Source: Bacteroidota bacterium (lineage in GTDB: Bacteria; Bacteroidota; Bacteroidia; Palsa-965). From it: 64,000 nt of DNA. A program made the position numbers and the translations under genes. How positions within the stretch are numbered: position 1 is the stretch's first letter; each line of letters opens with the position of its first letter. A model generated the notes under the pieces. The model saw only the letters and a program-made list of their open reading frames with translations. It was not told the DNA's origin and did not search any database. The DNA is taken from the NCBI GenBank assembly GCA_006218065.1, contig VBWE01000014.1, positions 1,618-65,617 on the forward strand. The letters run 5' to 3'. Shown in pieces: positions 1-9,297 of this stretch.

Positions 1-152
1 GTTACACCGACCAGCGGCGAAGGTTTTTCAAAATTAAGCGAGGCCAGGATTTCTTCGCTGCCTTCCAGTTCGTTTTCCACGAGGGTAATGCACCGGGCCA
101 GCGCCCGGAAGTCGCCGCTGCGGAATTTTTTTATCAGATCGGTTGTGCTCAC
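1..152 (-). CDS. meaB: Methylmalonyl-CoA mutase-associated GTPase MeaB/ArgK, N-terminal part (runs off the window start)
   Basis: Not in the ORF track. Manual translation from GTG at 152 gives MSTTDLIKKFRSGDFRALARCITLVENELEGSEEILASLNFEKPSPLVGVT, the 'G.D.RALAR.IT.VEN' N-terminus of MeaB leading into the P-loop. Confidence 0.8.
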   Translation of the reverse strand, partial: MSTTDLIKKFRSGDFRALARCITLVENELEGSEEILASLNFEKPSPLVGV

Positions 153-174
153 TTGGTATGGCGAATATACAATC

Positions 175-277
175 AAATGCCGAATGCCGGATTGCGAATG
201 CCGATCCGATAGCTATCGGACGATGAAGGACGCAGCATTCCTGCAGAGAAAATTCGGCATTCAGCATTTGAAATTCG
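175..277. repeat. Heptamer-repeat inverted-repeat element with central palindrome CCGATAGCTATCGG
   Basis: Left arm aaatgccgaatgccggattgcgaatgccga and right arm aattcggcattcagcatttgaaattcg, between the divergent meaB and GT2 genes. Confidence 0.65.
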
Positions 278-285
278 TAATTTTG
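278..285 (+). promoter_or_regulatory. Bacteroidota sigma-A -7 element TAATTTTG for the GT2 gene
   Basis: Matches TAnnTTTG, 6 nt before GTG at 292. Confidence 0.55.
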
Positions 286-291
286 TCCCCT

Positions 292-1062
292 GTGATCCAA
301 CTCTCGGTCGTCATAATCACCTTCAACGAAGAACGCAATATCGGCCGCTGCCTCGATGCGGTGAAAGACATTGCCGATGATATCGTCGTCGTCGATTCTT
401 TTTCCACTGACCGCACGGAAACCATCTGCCGCGAAAAAGGCGCACGTTTTGTGCAGCACGTTTTCGAAGGTCACATCGAGCAGAAAAACTGGGCGATCAC
501 GCAGGCGAAATTTCCGCACGTACTTTCACTCGACGCCGATGAAGCGCCGGATGACGAATTGAAAAAAGCGATTCTCGCGGCAAAAACAAACTGGACGCAC
601 GACGGGTATTCGATGAACCGGCTCACGAATTATTGCGGGCAATGGATCAGGCACTGCGGCTGGTATCCCGATGTCAAGCTGCGTTTGTGGAACAGCCGCA
701 AAGGCCGCTGGGGCGGAGTGAACCCGCACGACAAGTACGAACTGACGGAAAAAGGAGCCACGGAAAAACATCTGCCCGGGAATATCCTGCATTACAGTTA
801 TTATACCGTGGACGAGCATTACAAACAGGCCGATAAATTTGCGGGCATTGCCGCGAAAGCCATGTTTGCGAAAGGAAAAACAATCAGCGTGCCGATGATC
901 TGGGTAAAAACTGTCGCGAAATTCATCCGCAATTATTTCATCATGCTCGGTTTTCTCGACGGCGGAAAAGGCTATACGATCTGCCGGATCACCGCACGCG
1001 AAACGTACCGGAAATACAATATGCTTCGTGACATGCACCGGCAAAAAAGCAGCGCATCATGA
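292..1062 (+). CDS. Glycosyltransferase family 2 (WaaE/KdtX-like)
   Basis: LSVVIITFNEE, VVDSFSTDRT, LSLDADE (DxD) and GWYPD..LRL motifs. The start was moved from 88 to GTG 292 because the upstream part covers meaB and the repeat. Confidence 0.9.
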   Translation: MIQLSVVIITFNEERNIGRCLDAVKDIADDIVVVDSFSTDRTETICREKGARFVQHVFEGHIEQKNWAITQAKFPHVLSLDADEAPDDELKKAILAAKTNWTHDGYSMNRLTNYCGQWIRHCGWYPDVKLRLWNSRKGRWGGVNPHDKYELTEKGATEKHLPGNILHYSYYTVDEHYKQADKFAGIAAKAMFAKGKTISVPMIWVKTVAKFIRNYFIMLGFLDGGKGYTICRITARETYRKYNMLRDMHRQKSSAS

Positions 1063-2195
1063 ATAAACTGCTGCAGCGTTTCCCGGTTCTGAAAGACCTG
1101 AGACTTTGGGCGGTTCTTTTTTTTGTCGTTACGGTCGCCGCATCGCTGCACCGGTATTATCTCGGCAACATCAACAACTTCGAAATTTTCCGGTACTCGT
1201 TTCTCAACCTGCTCGATGGCGTCGATCTCTATACGCTTCACCCCGCGCAGCACGAAGACCTTTTCAAGTACAGTCCGACTTTCGCGCTGTTCATGGCTCC
1301 GTTCAGCTTTCTCCCGGTTGGGCTGGGCATTGTTTTGTGGAACCTGCTGAACGTGTTCGTTCTTTTTTTCGCTGTAAAACGGTTACAGCTTTCCGGCGAA
1401 AAAAAACTGCTGATCCTGCTTTTTTGTTTCATCGAACTGCTCACTTCGATCCAGAGTTCGCAAAGCAACGGGCTGATGGCCGGGCTGATGATCATGGCTT
1501 TCGCGATGATGGAAGAGAAACGTCCCTGGATGGCGGCACTGCTCATCTGCTTCGGATTTTACATTAAAATTTTCGCCGTGGTTGTTGCGGTGCTTTTCCT
1601 TTTCTACGAAAAGAAAGGACAATTCATTCTCGCGATGATCGCCTGGGGAATTTTATTCGCGGTTCTTCCCGCGCTGGTTTCCGGTATCGACGGTTTGATT
1701 ATGCAATACGAAAGCTGGCTGAACCTGCTCGCAAACGATCCTGCGCACGAACTGAACTATTCGGTGATGACCGTCGTGCAGCGCTGGAGCGGGCTGGAAA
1801 TCTCCGATATCTATTACCTCGTGCCGGGCGTGATCCTGCTGCTGCTGCCTTTCCTGCGCAAAAACACATACCGCGATCCCGCTTTCCGTATGCTGATGCT
1901 CGCTTCTGTTTTGATCTGGGTGGTCATCTTCAATCACAAAGCGGAATCCCCGACCTACGCCATCGCCATGTGCGGCGCGGGCATCTGGCTGGTCCTGCAG
2001 GAAAAAACGAAATGGACGATTGCATTCGCCGTTTTTGTTTTCGTATTCACCGGCCTGATCGCAACCGATCTTTTCCCCGCATCCTGGCGAAGCGATTTCT
2101 TCCGCCCTTACGCGATCAAAGCCGTGCCCTGTATTTTGCTTTGGTTGTATGTACAGTATTTACTACTTACAGTCCGTACAAAAGAGAATACGTAA
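1059..2195 (+). CDS. GT87/DUF2029-family polytopic membrane glycosyltransferase (GT-C fold)
   Basis: About 10 TM segments with DLY, FKYSPTFAL and 'Q.N.L' motifs. ATGA overlap with the GT2 gene. Confidence 0.8.
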   Translation: MNKLLQRFPVLKDLRLWAVLFFVVTVAASLHRYYLGNINNFEIFRYSFLNLLDGVDLYTLHPAQHEDLFKYSPTFALFMAPFSFLPVGLGIVLWNLLNVFVLFFAVKRLQLSGEKKLLILLFCFIELLTSIQSSQSNGLMAGLMIMAFAMMEEKRPWMAALLICFGFYIKIFAVVVAVLFLFYEKKGQFILAMIAWGILFAVLPALVSGIDGLIMQYESWLNLLANDPAHELNYSVMTVVQRWSGLEISDIYYLVPGVILLLLPFLRKNTYRDPAFRMLMLASVLIWVVIFNHKAESPTYAIAMCGAGIWLVLQEKTKWTIAFAVFVFVFTGLIATDLFPASWRSDFFRPYAIKAVPCILLWLYVQYLLLTVRTKENT

Positions 2196-2282
2196 AAAGT
2201 CTTCGCCGGAAAACGTAATGAATCACAGGAACAGTACCTGGCGATTGCGCAGCAGAGTATCCCCTAAAGTAACTTCAAAAAA

Positions 2283-2325
2283 TAAACGGAAAAGTAAACG
2301 GAAAAGTAAGCCGGAAAAGTAAACA
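2283..2325. repeat. Short tandem repeat (TAAACGGAAAAG) x ~3.5
   Basis: taaacggaaaag taaacggaaaag taagccggaaaag taaaca. Confidence 0.7.
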
Positions 2326-2369
2326 GCCGAACCAATTCCCCTCTCTGCCGGAGAGGGGTTGGGGTGAGG
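2326..2369. repeat. 44-bp REP-like hairpin repeat, copy 1
   Basis: gccgaaccaattcccctctctgccggagaggggttggggtgagg, identical to 43950-43993. Contains a CCCCTCTC/GAGAGGGG stem. Confidence 0.85.
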
Positions 2370-2380
2370 CCCGACCTCAA

Positions 2381-5300
2381 TCAATCCACCTTCTCCAGCT
2401 TAATCGTCGTTTTCGTTTCGCCGGCAGTCAGCTCCAGGTAATATAAACCGTTTTCAAAAACAGAAAGATCGATCGCCGTTTGCAGCGTTCCGGAAACGAT
2501 GCCGAAACCGGAGCTCCGGATTTTCCTGCCGGTAACATCAAACACGTTCGCCATTACTGCCGATTTATTCAAACCGGAAACCTGCAGGTTGTAAATTCCG
2601 TTCCCGGGATTCGGGTACACGCTGAACGTCGCGGTGGAATTTTGTTCTGCAACTGCGCTCGGATCGGTAATACTGATCGCGTCGATGGCCATGTCGCTGG
2701 CGTAACCGTTACCGGTGACACCGCGGAAACGGAGCGTAATGATCTGCCCCGCGTATGTGCTCAGCGGAACCTGTACCTGCGTCCACTGGTTTCCCTGGTC
2801 GCCGGTCATGGAGAAAATACCGTTGGTCCAACTGCCGCCCGAATATACGTCCACGTACAGATCGCCCATGTTTCCGCCGTACATGTGGTACGCAAACGAA
2901 AGTACCGCTGCCGGGAAATTAACCAGGTCGATGCAGGGTGTGTACAGCAGTGCCGTTTTCCCGTCGCAGCCGCCGGAAGCTTCCAGGTACAGGTAATTAC
3001 CGGTCGTGCTTCCCGGCAGAAAATCTGTGCCGGGGCCTGTTTGCGTGGAGGGCGTGCTGCCTTCGCTCGTGCGCCAGTCGATATCGTCCTGCTCGTTGTT
3101 GGCGAGGTTCGTCAGCCCGTTGATCATTCCGCAGACAGTACTGTCGCAGTTGCTCGTTGTTCCGCAAAGCGCGAAGGATTCGAAATCTTCCGTCCACGGC
3201 GGAGTAACAGCCGGGAAAGTAGAAATATTCACAATAGCGGAACTCGTATCGTTCACGACATTTCCGTCGGAAGGATACACCGCCCAGGCTTTGATCGTAT
3301 TGATTCCCGGCGTGCTCACGTTCACCGTTGCCGTGAACGTATAGGTTGCGGAACCGAACGGCTGAATTGTGCCGATATAGGTTTCGCTTACCGGGGTTCC
3401 GTTATTCAGACTATAGTATACCGGGATGTTGGTGATCGCCGTAAGTCCCGGGTTATCGAGCCCGATGGAAACCTGCAGTGCGGAAGTGCTCATGCAACTG
3501 TTAAAATTTCCTCCCGGCGAATTCACAACCGATACGGCTGCATCAACCTGTACGGGGCAAGCCGCGCCCGGAAGTTTTTCAATCGCGATCGCTCTTCTGC
3601 CGATGGCGTTCTGCGCGCCTTTCGCACGCACGCTGAACCAGTATGTATTCGTCAGGTTGTTCAGGTTGTACACCACGAAACTGTCGGCGACAGTAGTGCC
3701 GATGGAATCCATGTACGTATTGCCGAGCATGAAAATATCGTAGGCGGTTGCGCCGCCCACGGCATTCCACGTCAGCATGAGCGAATCGGGACAGGCCCAT
3801 TGTACGCTAATATTCGCCGGAACGTCGATGATGGAAAAGTTCGCATCACTCACATCGTTATCGGCTCCGCGGGTAACCCGGACTTTGCACATGCCGCTCA
3901 GGGCCACGGGAACAGTCCAGTTGTAATAACGCTGCGTGGCGGAAACTCCTGACGTGATTGTGCTCCAGCTCGAGCCGCCGTCGGTACTGTAATCGAGTGA
4001 AAAATTGCCGGAGTTTCCGAAAGCATCCCAGCGGATCGTTTCCGTTTCGGCCGGGACAAAGCCTTCCGAACCGTTCGGATAAATCATCACTAATTCAGTG
4101 GCCGGTTCGAAATACCAGGCGAGGAAATATTTCTGCGGTCCCTGCGGAACAGCAGTACCGCTGACACTTACCGTATAATTTCCCGCTGCCGGGTTGTCGA
4201 TGGTTACCTGTTCGTGGTTGTTTCGCATGTCGATTCCGCGAACGGCATTTGCGTTCAGGTTCGAACTGTTCGGAGTAAAATCGAGTATCCAGGGATTAAA
4301 CACGGCGCTCGACGGATCGGTTACGGCGATGTCGAGATTATTTACAAGTGCAACGGACGCATTTACCGCCGCGGGATAATCGTGCCAGTACACCAGGACT
4401 TTCAAACGCCCGGTGCCTGCGGGAACGGTGATCGTATGCATATTCACGGTACTGTTCTGCACGGAATCCACCGCGAATGTATTCTGTTCGATGGGCAGGA
4501 TCGCTTTTCTTCCGTTGATGCGCCCGTAGCCGAAAATAAAATCAGGGCCAGGATTGCCGAGATCGTCGGCGGTATTCATCAGGATGGCTTTCATCAGGCC
4601 GGATGGCGGGTTGATATTTCCGTTCAGTGTTTTGTACGCGTGGTACATTTTCATCTACGGTAGAATACACGTTGGTGCCCACTGCACACACTTCCGGTTT
4701 CATGCGTCCGTCGTGCACCGGCCCGCGGCTGGACGAGGAAGCGATCGCGTCGATATAATCGAGATTCCCGACCGCGATCGAATTCTTGGAATGTTTATGT
4801 CCGCCGGTCACATTGCCCCAGCCCGATCCCGCACCGTAGCTGCAATCCGATGTGCCTGCATTTCCGGCAGAAAAAACATGGATCAGGTTGGGCATATCGT
4901 AAATCTGCTGATCGAGCGTTTGCGCGAGCGTGGTATAACCTGCATTGCAGCCATCGCTGTAACTGGTGGACGTGATCACGATATTGTTACTGTTGTAATG
5001 GCTGTAGATACTATCGAATCCCTGGTACGGCGACGCTTCATATACGTACAGGTTTGCGCCCCAGCCCATGCCGCGCGTCAGCGGGTCCCTGTTTCCGCCG
5101 CCCATGATGATGCCCGCACAATGATCGCCGTGATTGCCGGCGTTGAACGTAACATATTGCTGCTGCAAACGCCCGGTGTAATCGATATGCGGCCCGATCA
5201 GGCCGTCGTCCTGCAGCATCACATTCACGCCGCTTCCGTTGTAATATCTTCCGCCGGAATGATCCTGCGCCATCCAGTTGTCGCGGTGATTCGTACGGCC

Positions 5301-5948
5301 CACATTATTATCGTGTACCGGCTGATCGTCTTTCAGTTCGGCCGCGCAGACAAAAGACTGGCCGACAAAAGCGGGAATATTTTCGCCGCGGATCCATACG
5401 GTTATCCTGTGGCTGTTTTTATTCTGGTAGCTGATTTCCGTTTTGGCTGCAGTCAGCAGATCGATCACGACCTGGTGCGGAATGTCTTCATAATACGTAA
5501 ACGTGATGCCGATACTTCCGCTGCTGTTCGCGGCAAACGCGGGAAAAGAACTTTGTGCAATGGCATCCGAAAGTTCACGGTGCATTTTATAAATGGGCTC
5601 GATCGTATAGAACCCGAGAATATCGTTCTTCCTTTCCCCGAGCATGCCGGCATCGGCCGCGACAGACGCGGCATACGTATTGGCCGCGATGTAATGCAAA
5701 AGGCGGATGCCGGATTTTTCGAGCGCAGTCCTGTTTTCTTTGGAAGGCAGTTTGGCAAAACGGATGTACCGGTAATAACGGTTGTTCACCAGTTCAGCGG
5801 GACCTGCTTTCATATTTTTCAGCGGATCGGCGGAGACTTCCATGCGTACGGTTCCCGATGAAAACGGTAATTCAAAAACCGGCGTTTGCTGCGCATGAAG
5901 AAAAGAAACTGCCGAAAGACAGCAGAAAGAGAGGATGAGTTTTTTCAT
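2381..5948 (-). pseudogene. T9SS-secreted S8 (subtilisin-like) serine peptidase with PPC-like, FN3/CARDB-like and MAM domains and a CTD; frameshifted and lacking the catalytic Ser motif
   Basis: The first ORF (start MKKLILSF at 5948) has the Asp (QDDG) and His (HGDHCAG) motifs, SAGN and KPEVCAVG. The second ORF (2381-4654) continues YHAYK..LMKAILMNTADDLG..YGRIN, then a MAM domain (GNYLYLEAS, YHMYG, DMAID) and a YPNP..G.Y CTD. No GTSM motif occurs at the junction near 4648. Confidence 0.8.
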
Positions 5949-5976
5949 GGTGGAATTATGAAGCAACAAGGTAGTC

Positions 5977-6121
5977 ATTTCTGATTTGCGATTGCCGATT
6001 TTGGATTGGCGATTTGCAGCACTTTTTAGCGTCCTGGCGGTAAAAGCCGGATTACAATCTTTACCGCGAAGGCGCAAAGACGCTAACGTTTACTTTCAAT
6101 CCAAAACCGGCAATCGGAAAT
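5977..6121. repeat. Heptamer-repeat inverted-repeat element with nested inner hairpin
   Basis: atttgcgattgccgattttggattg ... caatccaaaaccggcaatcggaaat. Confidence 0.7.
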
Positions 6122-6175
6122 GGTATTTACTCCGAAAGCACAAAAACTTCCTGGAAACAGTTACGCTGAGGATTT

Positions 6176-7144
6176 TTAAAACTTCGCTGAAAATCCTATT
6201 CCGAAAACTTCCTTGAACTGCACGCGCGGACCGGTACCGTCGTTGATGCCGTCGTCGTTGCGGTCGACGGGAACAGCTACATCCTGGTCGTAGATCAGTT
6301 GTGTGCTTATGCCGGCGGAAATGAATTTGTTCACTTTCATCGACACCAGGTTTTCCCAGTTTACGTCGATGATTGCCGGGTTGAAGGCGTAGTTGCTGAA
6401 CAATTCGAGTTTGCTCTGCAGGTTTACGTTTTTCATGATGTCTTTGCGCAGCGTGGCTTTGAAATAGCCGCCGATTTCGAAACGGAAATTTTCTCCGTCT
6501 TTGATTTTATTTCCCTGCGCATCGCGGATCGCTTTGGTAACTCCGAAAGCGCCGGCGTCGGCCAGCGTGGGAGCCATCACCATTGTCATCTTGCAGGTTA
6601 TGGGCGAAAGCATCATGGAAAAACCGGCGTTCGGTTTATAATCGAGACCGGCCGCAAGCAGCCCGTATGCCGGCGAAGCGAAATCCGAAATCCAACTGGA
6701 CGATCCGTCGGAAGAATACGAAAACCCGGGCGCAAACTGCGATTTGAAACCGAGCAGTGCGGAATAATAGTACACCTTCTTAAAAGCGTAATGACCGTAC
6801 TTGGATGAAAAGTCGATTTTATCGTCGCTCTTCCGCAGGGTCTGGCTTCCCTGCTGCACCAGGCCGTAAGCCAGGTCGAGCGTATTGTCCCAGGTCGTAT
6901 GTTCTTTTTTATAGTTCGCGTAAAGCGACAGGTAATTGGTAATGGCGATGGAATTTTCACCGCCGCTCGCCCAGTTCGTAAGCGAGGTCTGTGAAAAATT
7001 AAGCCCGGCCACGCCTCCTCTTTTCCAGCCCGTGGTGTCTTTAGGTGCCGTCTTGGCCGTGTCTTTCGCTGCGGTTTTCGTGCTGTCCTGCGCCTGCATG
7101 CTGAAGGGCAGCAGGAGCAGGATCGTGTAAATAAAATGTTTCAT
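6176..7144 (-). CDS. DUF3078-domain outer-membrane beta-barrel protein
   Basis: Signal peptide, WKRGG..GLNFSQ..TNW..GGENS, WDN.LDLAYG, RKSDD.I and a C-terminal Phe. Confidence 0.85.
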   Translation of the reverse strand: MKHFIYTILLLLPFSMQAQDSTKTAAKDTAKTAPKDTTGWKRGGVAGLNFSQTSLTNWASGGENSIAITNYLSLYANYKKEHTTWDNTLDLAYGLVQQGSQTLRKSDDKIDFSSKYGHYAFKKVYYYSALLGFKSQFAPGFSYSSDGSSSWISDFASPAYGLLAAGLDYKPNAGFSMMLSPITCKMTMVMAPTLADAGAFGVTKAIRDAQGNKIKDGENFRFEIGGYFKATLRKDIMKNVNLQSKLELFSNYAFNPAIIDVNWENLVSMKVNKFISAGISTQLIYDQDVAVPVDRNDDGINDGTGPRVQFKEVFGIGFSAKF

Positions 7145-7176
7145 GCCGGTGCGTATGTTAAGCGTGTCTGTTCACG

Positions 7177-7217
7177 AAAAAGCACCGGGCTTTCTTTGGA
7201 GAATCTTCCGGTGCTTT
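7177..7217 (-). terminator. Intrinsic terminator downstream of mscL
   Basis: AAAGCACCGG...CCGGTGCTTT stem followed by a T-run on the minus strand. Confidence 0.55.
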
Positions 7218-7232
7218 CTGCGGAGGTTTGAA

Positions 7233-7679
7233 TTATTTGTTTTTGAGAATGTCGCGTATTTCGGTGAGCAGTAATTCTTCCTTGCTGGGCGGCGGTGGTG
7301 TTGCCGGGGCGGCTTCTTCTTTGCGCTTCAAACGGTTCATCATTTTTATCACCATGAAAACAACAAATGCCACGATCAGGAAATCGATGAGCATGGTAAG
7401 GAAATTACCGTAGGCGATAACAGGTCCGATTTTTTTCGCTTCTGCAAGTGAAAGATTTCCTCCTGCTGCCTTTTGTACCAGGTCGACTTTGGGACTGATG
7501 CTGTAGTACAGTTCGCTGAAGTTCATGTTCCCCATCAGTTTGCCGATTGGGGGCATGACGATTCCGTCGATGAATGCGCTGACAAGTTTGGTGAATGCCG
7601 TTCCGATCACTACACCGACAGCCATGTCGATGAGGTTGCCTTTCAGTGCGAATTCTTTGAATTCCTTGATGAATCCCAT
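7233..7679 (-). CDS. mscL: Large-conductance mechanosensitive channel
   Basis: FIKEFKEFALKGNLIDMAVGVVIG...YGNFL...EELLLTEIRDIL. TATCTTTG promoter box at 7703-7710 (-). Confidence 0.97.
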   Translation of the reverse strand: MGFIKEFKEFALKGNLIDMAVGVVIGTAFTKLVSAFIDGIVMPPIGKLMGNMNFSELYYSISPKVDLVQKAAGGNLSLAEAKKIGPVIAYGNFLTMLIDFLIVAFVVFMVIKMMNRLKRKEEAAPATPPPPSKEELLLTEIRDILKNK

Positions 7680-7725
7680 GGCTTGATTTTTAAAGAGCGC
7701 TGCAAAGATAGTTTGTAATCAGCAT

Positions 7726-8508
7726 TTACAAAGAGCCCGTTCTTCCGCCATCCACAGGCACGTTGATGCCGTTGATGTATGCGGCTGCAGGTGTGGCGAG
7801 GAATGCGATGGCTGCGGCGACTTCCTCCGGTGAAGCAAAACGTGCGGCGGGAATTTCGGTGAGCATTTCTTTTTCCAGCGCTTCGATGGAATGCCCCGTT
7901 TTTTGTGACTTCGCTTCCAGCAGGCTGTCGAGGCGCTGTGTTTTGGTGGCGCCCGGCAATACATTATTTACCGTGATGCCGAAAGGCGCGAGTTCGAGCG
8001 ACAATGTTTTGGACCAGTTGGCCACGGCCGCGCGGATCGTGTTCGAAACGCCGAGTCCTTTGAGCGGCTGCTTGACCGAAGTGGAGATCACGTTGATGAT
8101 GCGGCCGTATTTTTCCTGCTTCATGCCTGCAATTACAGTTTGTACCAGGATATGGTTGCAAAGCAGGTGGTTCGAGAAGGCCTGGACAAATTCATCCGGT
8201 TTCGCTTCGGTGATCGGTCCGCCGGGAGGTCCGCCGGTATTGTTCACCAGGATATGCACTGCGCCGTGACCGAAAAGGTGTTTCTGAATTTTTTCACGAA
8301 GCTGGTCCGGGTTTGTAAAATCGATGCACAGGTATTCGTGCTGTCCCGGCCCGGGCAGGGATTCTTTGGCGCTTTTCAGGCGGCCTTCGTTGCGGGCTAC
8401 CAGCGTAACCGATGCGCCGAGTGCAGCGAGTTCCATGGCGGCAGCTTTGCCGATGCCCTGCGAGCTTCCGCAAACCAGCGCGCGTTTTCCTTCGAGATTC
8501 AGGTTCAT
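7726..8508 (-). CDS. SDR family oxidoreductase (FabG-like)
   Basis: GSSQGIG Rossmann motif, LVNNTGGP and VDGG. Start set at MNLNLEGK (8508), 4 nt after a TATCTTCG box. Confidence 0.9.
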   Translation of the reverse strand: MNLNLEGKRALVCGSSQGIGKAAAMELAALGASVTLVARNEGRLKSAKESLPGPGQHEYLCIDFTNPDQLREKIQKHLFGHGAVHILVNNTGGPPGGPITEAKPDEFVQAFSNHLLCNHILVQTVIAGMKQEKYGRIINVISTSVKQPLKGLGVSNTIRAAVANWSKTLSLELAPFGITVNNVLPGATKTQRLDSLLEAKSQKTGHSIEALEKEMLTEIPAARFASPEEVAAAIAFLATPAAAYINGINVPVDGGRTGSL

Positions 8509-8596
8509 AGTGCGAAGATATTCTATTGGCAACGAATTACGAATTTGTACGAATCTTACGTCGGGGAACTTTACCTTCTGCACCCCGGGCTTTTTG

Positions 8597-8644
8597 CCGC
8601 AGATTACACAGATTTGCGCAGATTAATCAGCGATAATCTGCGGC
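8597..8644. repeat. 9-mer-repeat inverted-repeat element
   Basis: gccgcagattacacagatttgcgcagatt / aatcagcgataatctgcggc. Confidence 0.6.
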
Positions 8645-8757
8645 TGAATCAACTGAAAAAATAAGAATGAAATTGCCCTGATTTTACCTTGGGAATGACG
8701 TATCGCATATAACCGGCGAATCAACTATCTTCGTGGAACCAAATAACCTTTATAACG

Positions 8758-9282
8758 ATGAGTATTACACGCCCTTTCAGCTTCAAAAAATGGATCGACG
8801 AAAACCGGCACCTGTTGAAGCCGCCGGTGAACAATAAAGTCGTTTATAAAGACGCCGAATTTATCGTGATGGTGGTCGGTGGTCCAAACTCGCGTAAAGA
8901 CTACCATTATAACGAGAGCGAAGAGTTTTTTTACCAGCTGGAAGGCGATGTTACGGTTAAGATCCAGGAAGACGGTAAAGCAGTGGAAGTGCCGATCAAA
9001 GAAGGCGAAATTTTCCTGCTTCCGCCTAAAGTGCCGCACAACCCGGGCCGCGGGGCGAATACCATCGGCCTGGTGATGGAACGCCGTCGCCGCGAAAATG
9101 AAAAAGACGGCCTGCTCTGGTTCTGTGAAAAATGCAACAGCAAACTGTACGAAGAATATTTCCAGCTCACCGATATTGCCATGCAGTTCCAGGGCGTTTT
9201 TGCAAAATTTTATGGAAATGCCGACCTGCGTACCTGCAAAAATTGCGGACACGTGATGGAACCGCCGCCGGTTATTGCATAA
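8758..9282 (+). CDS. nbaC: 3-hydroxyanthranilate 3,4-dioxygenase
   Basis: KWIDENRHLLKPPVNNK, VGGPNSRKDYH, EEFFYQ, VPH.P and C-terminal CxxC...CxxC rubredoxin-like site. Confidence 0.95.
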   Translation: MSITRPFSFKKWIDENRHLLKPPVNNKVVYKDAEFIVMVVGGPNSRKDYHYNESEEFFYQLEGDVTVKIQEDGKAVEVPIKEGEIFLLPPKVPHNPGRGANTIGLVMERRRRENEKDGLLWFCEKCNSKLYEEYFQLTDIAMQFQGVFAKFYGNADLRTCKNCGHVMEPPPVIA

Positions 9283-9297
9283 TCGCTCAACCTCGAT

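Noticed and set aside
88-291. N-terminal extensions in the ORF track (GT2 from 88, S8 from 6077, SDR from 8583, DUF5686 from 15970, terD from 33027, oxidase from 50068)
   Set aside because: They run through repeats, promoters or other genes. Downstream starts match family N-termini or signal peptides.
4640-4660. Programmed ribosomal frameshift joining the two S8 ORFs
   Set aside because: Joining the frames would still lack the catalytic GTSM segment, and no canonical slippery heptamer is present. A deletion explains it better.
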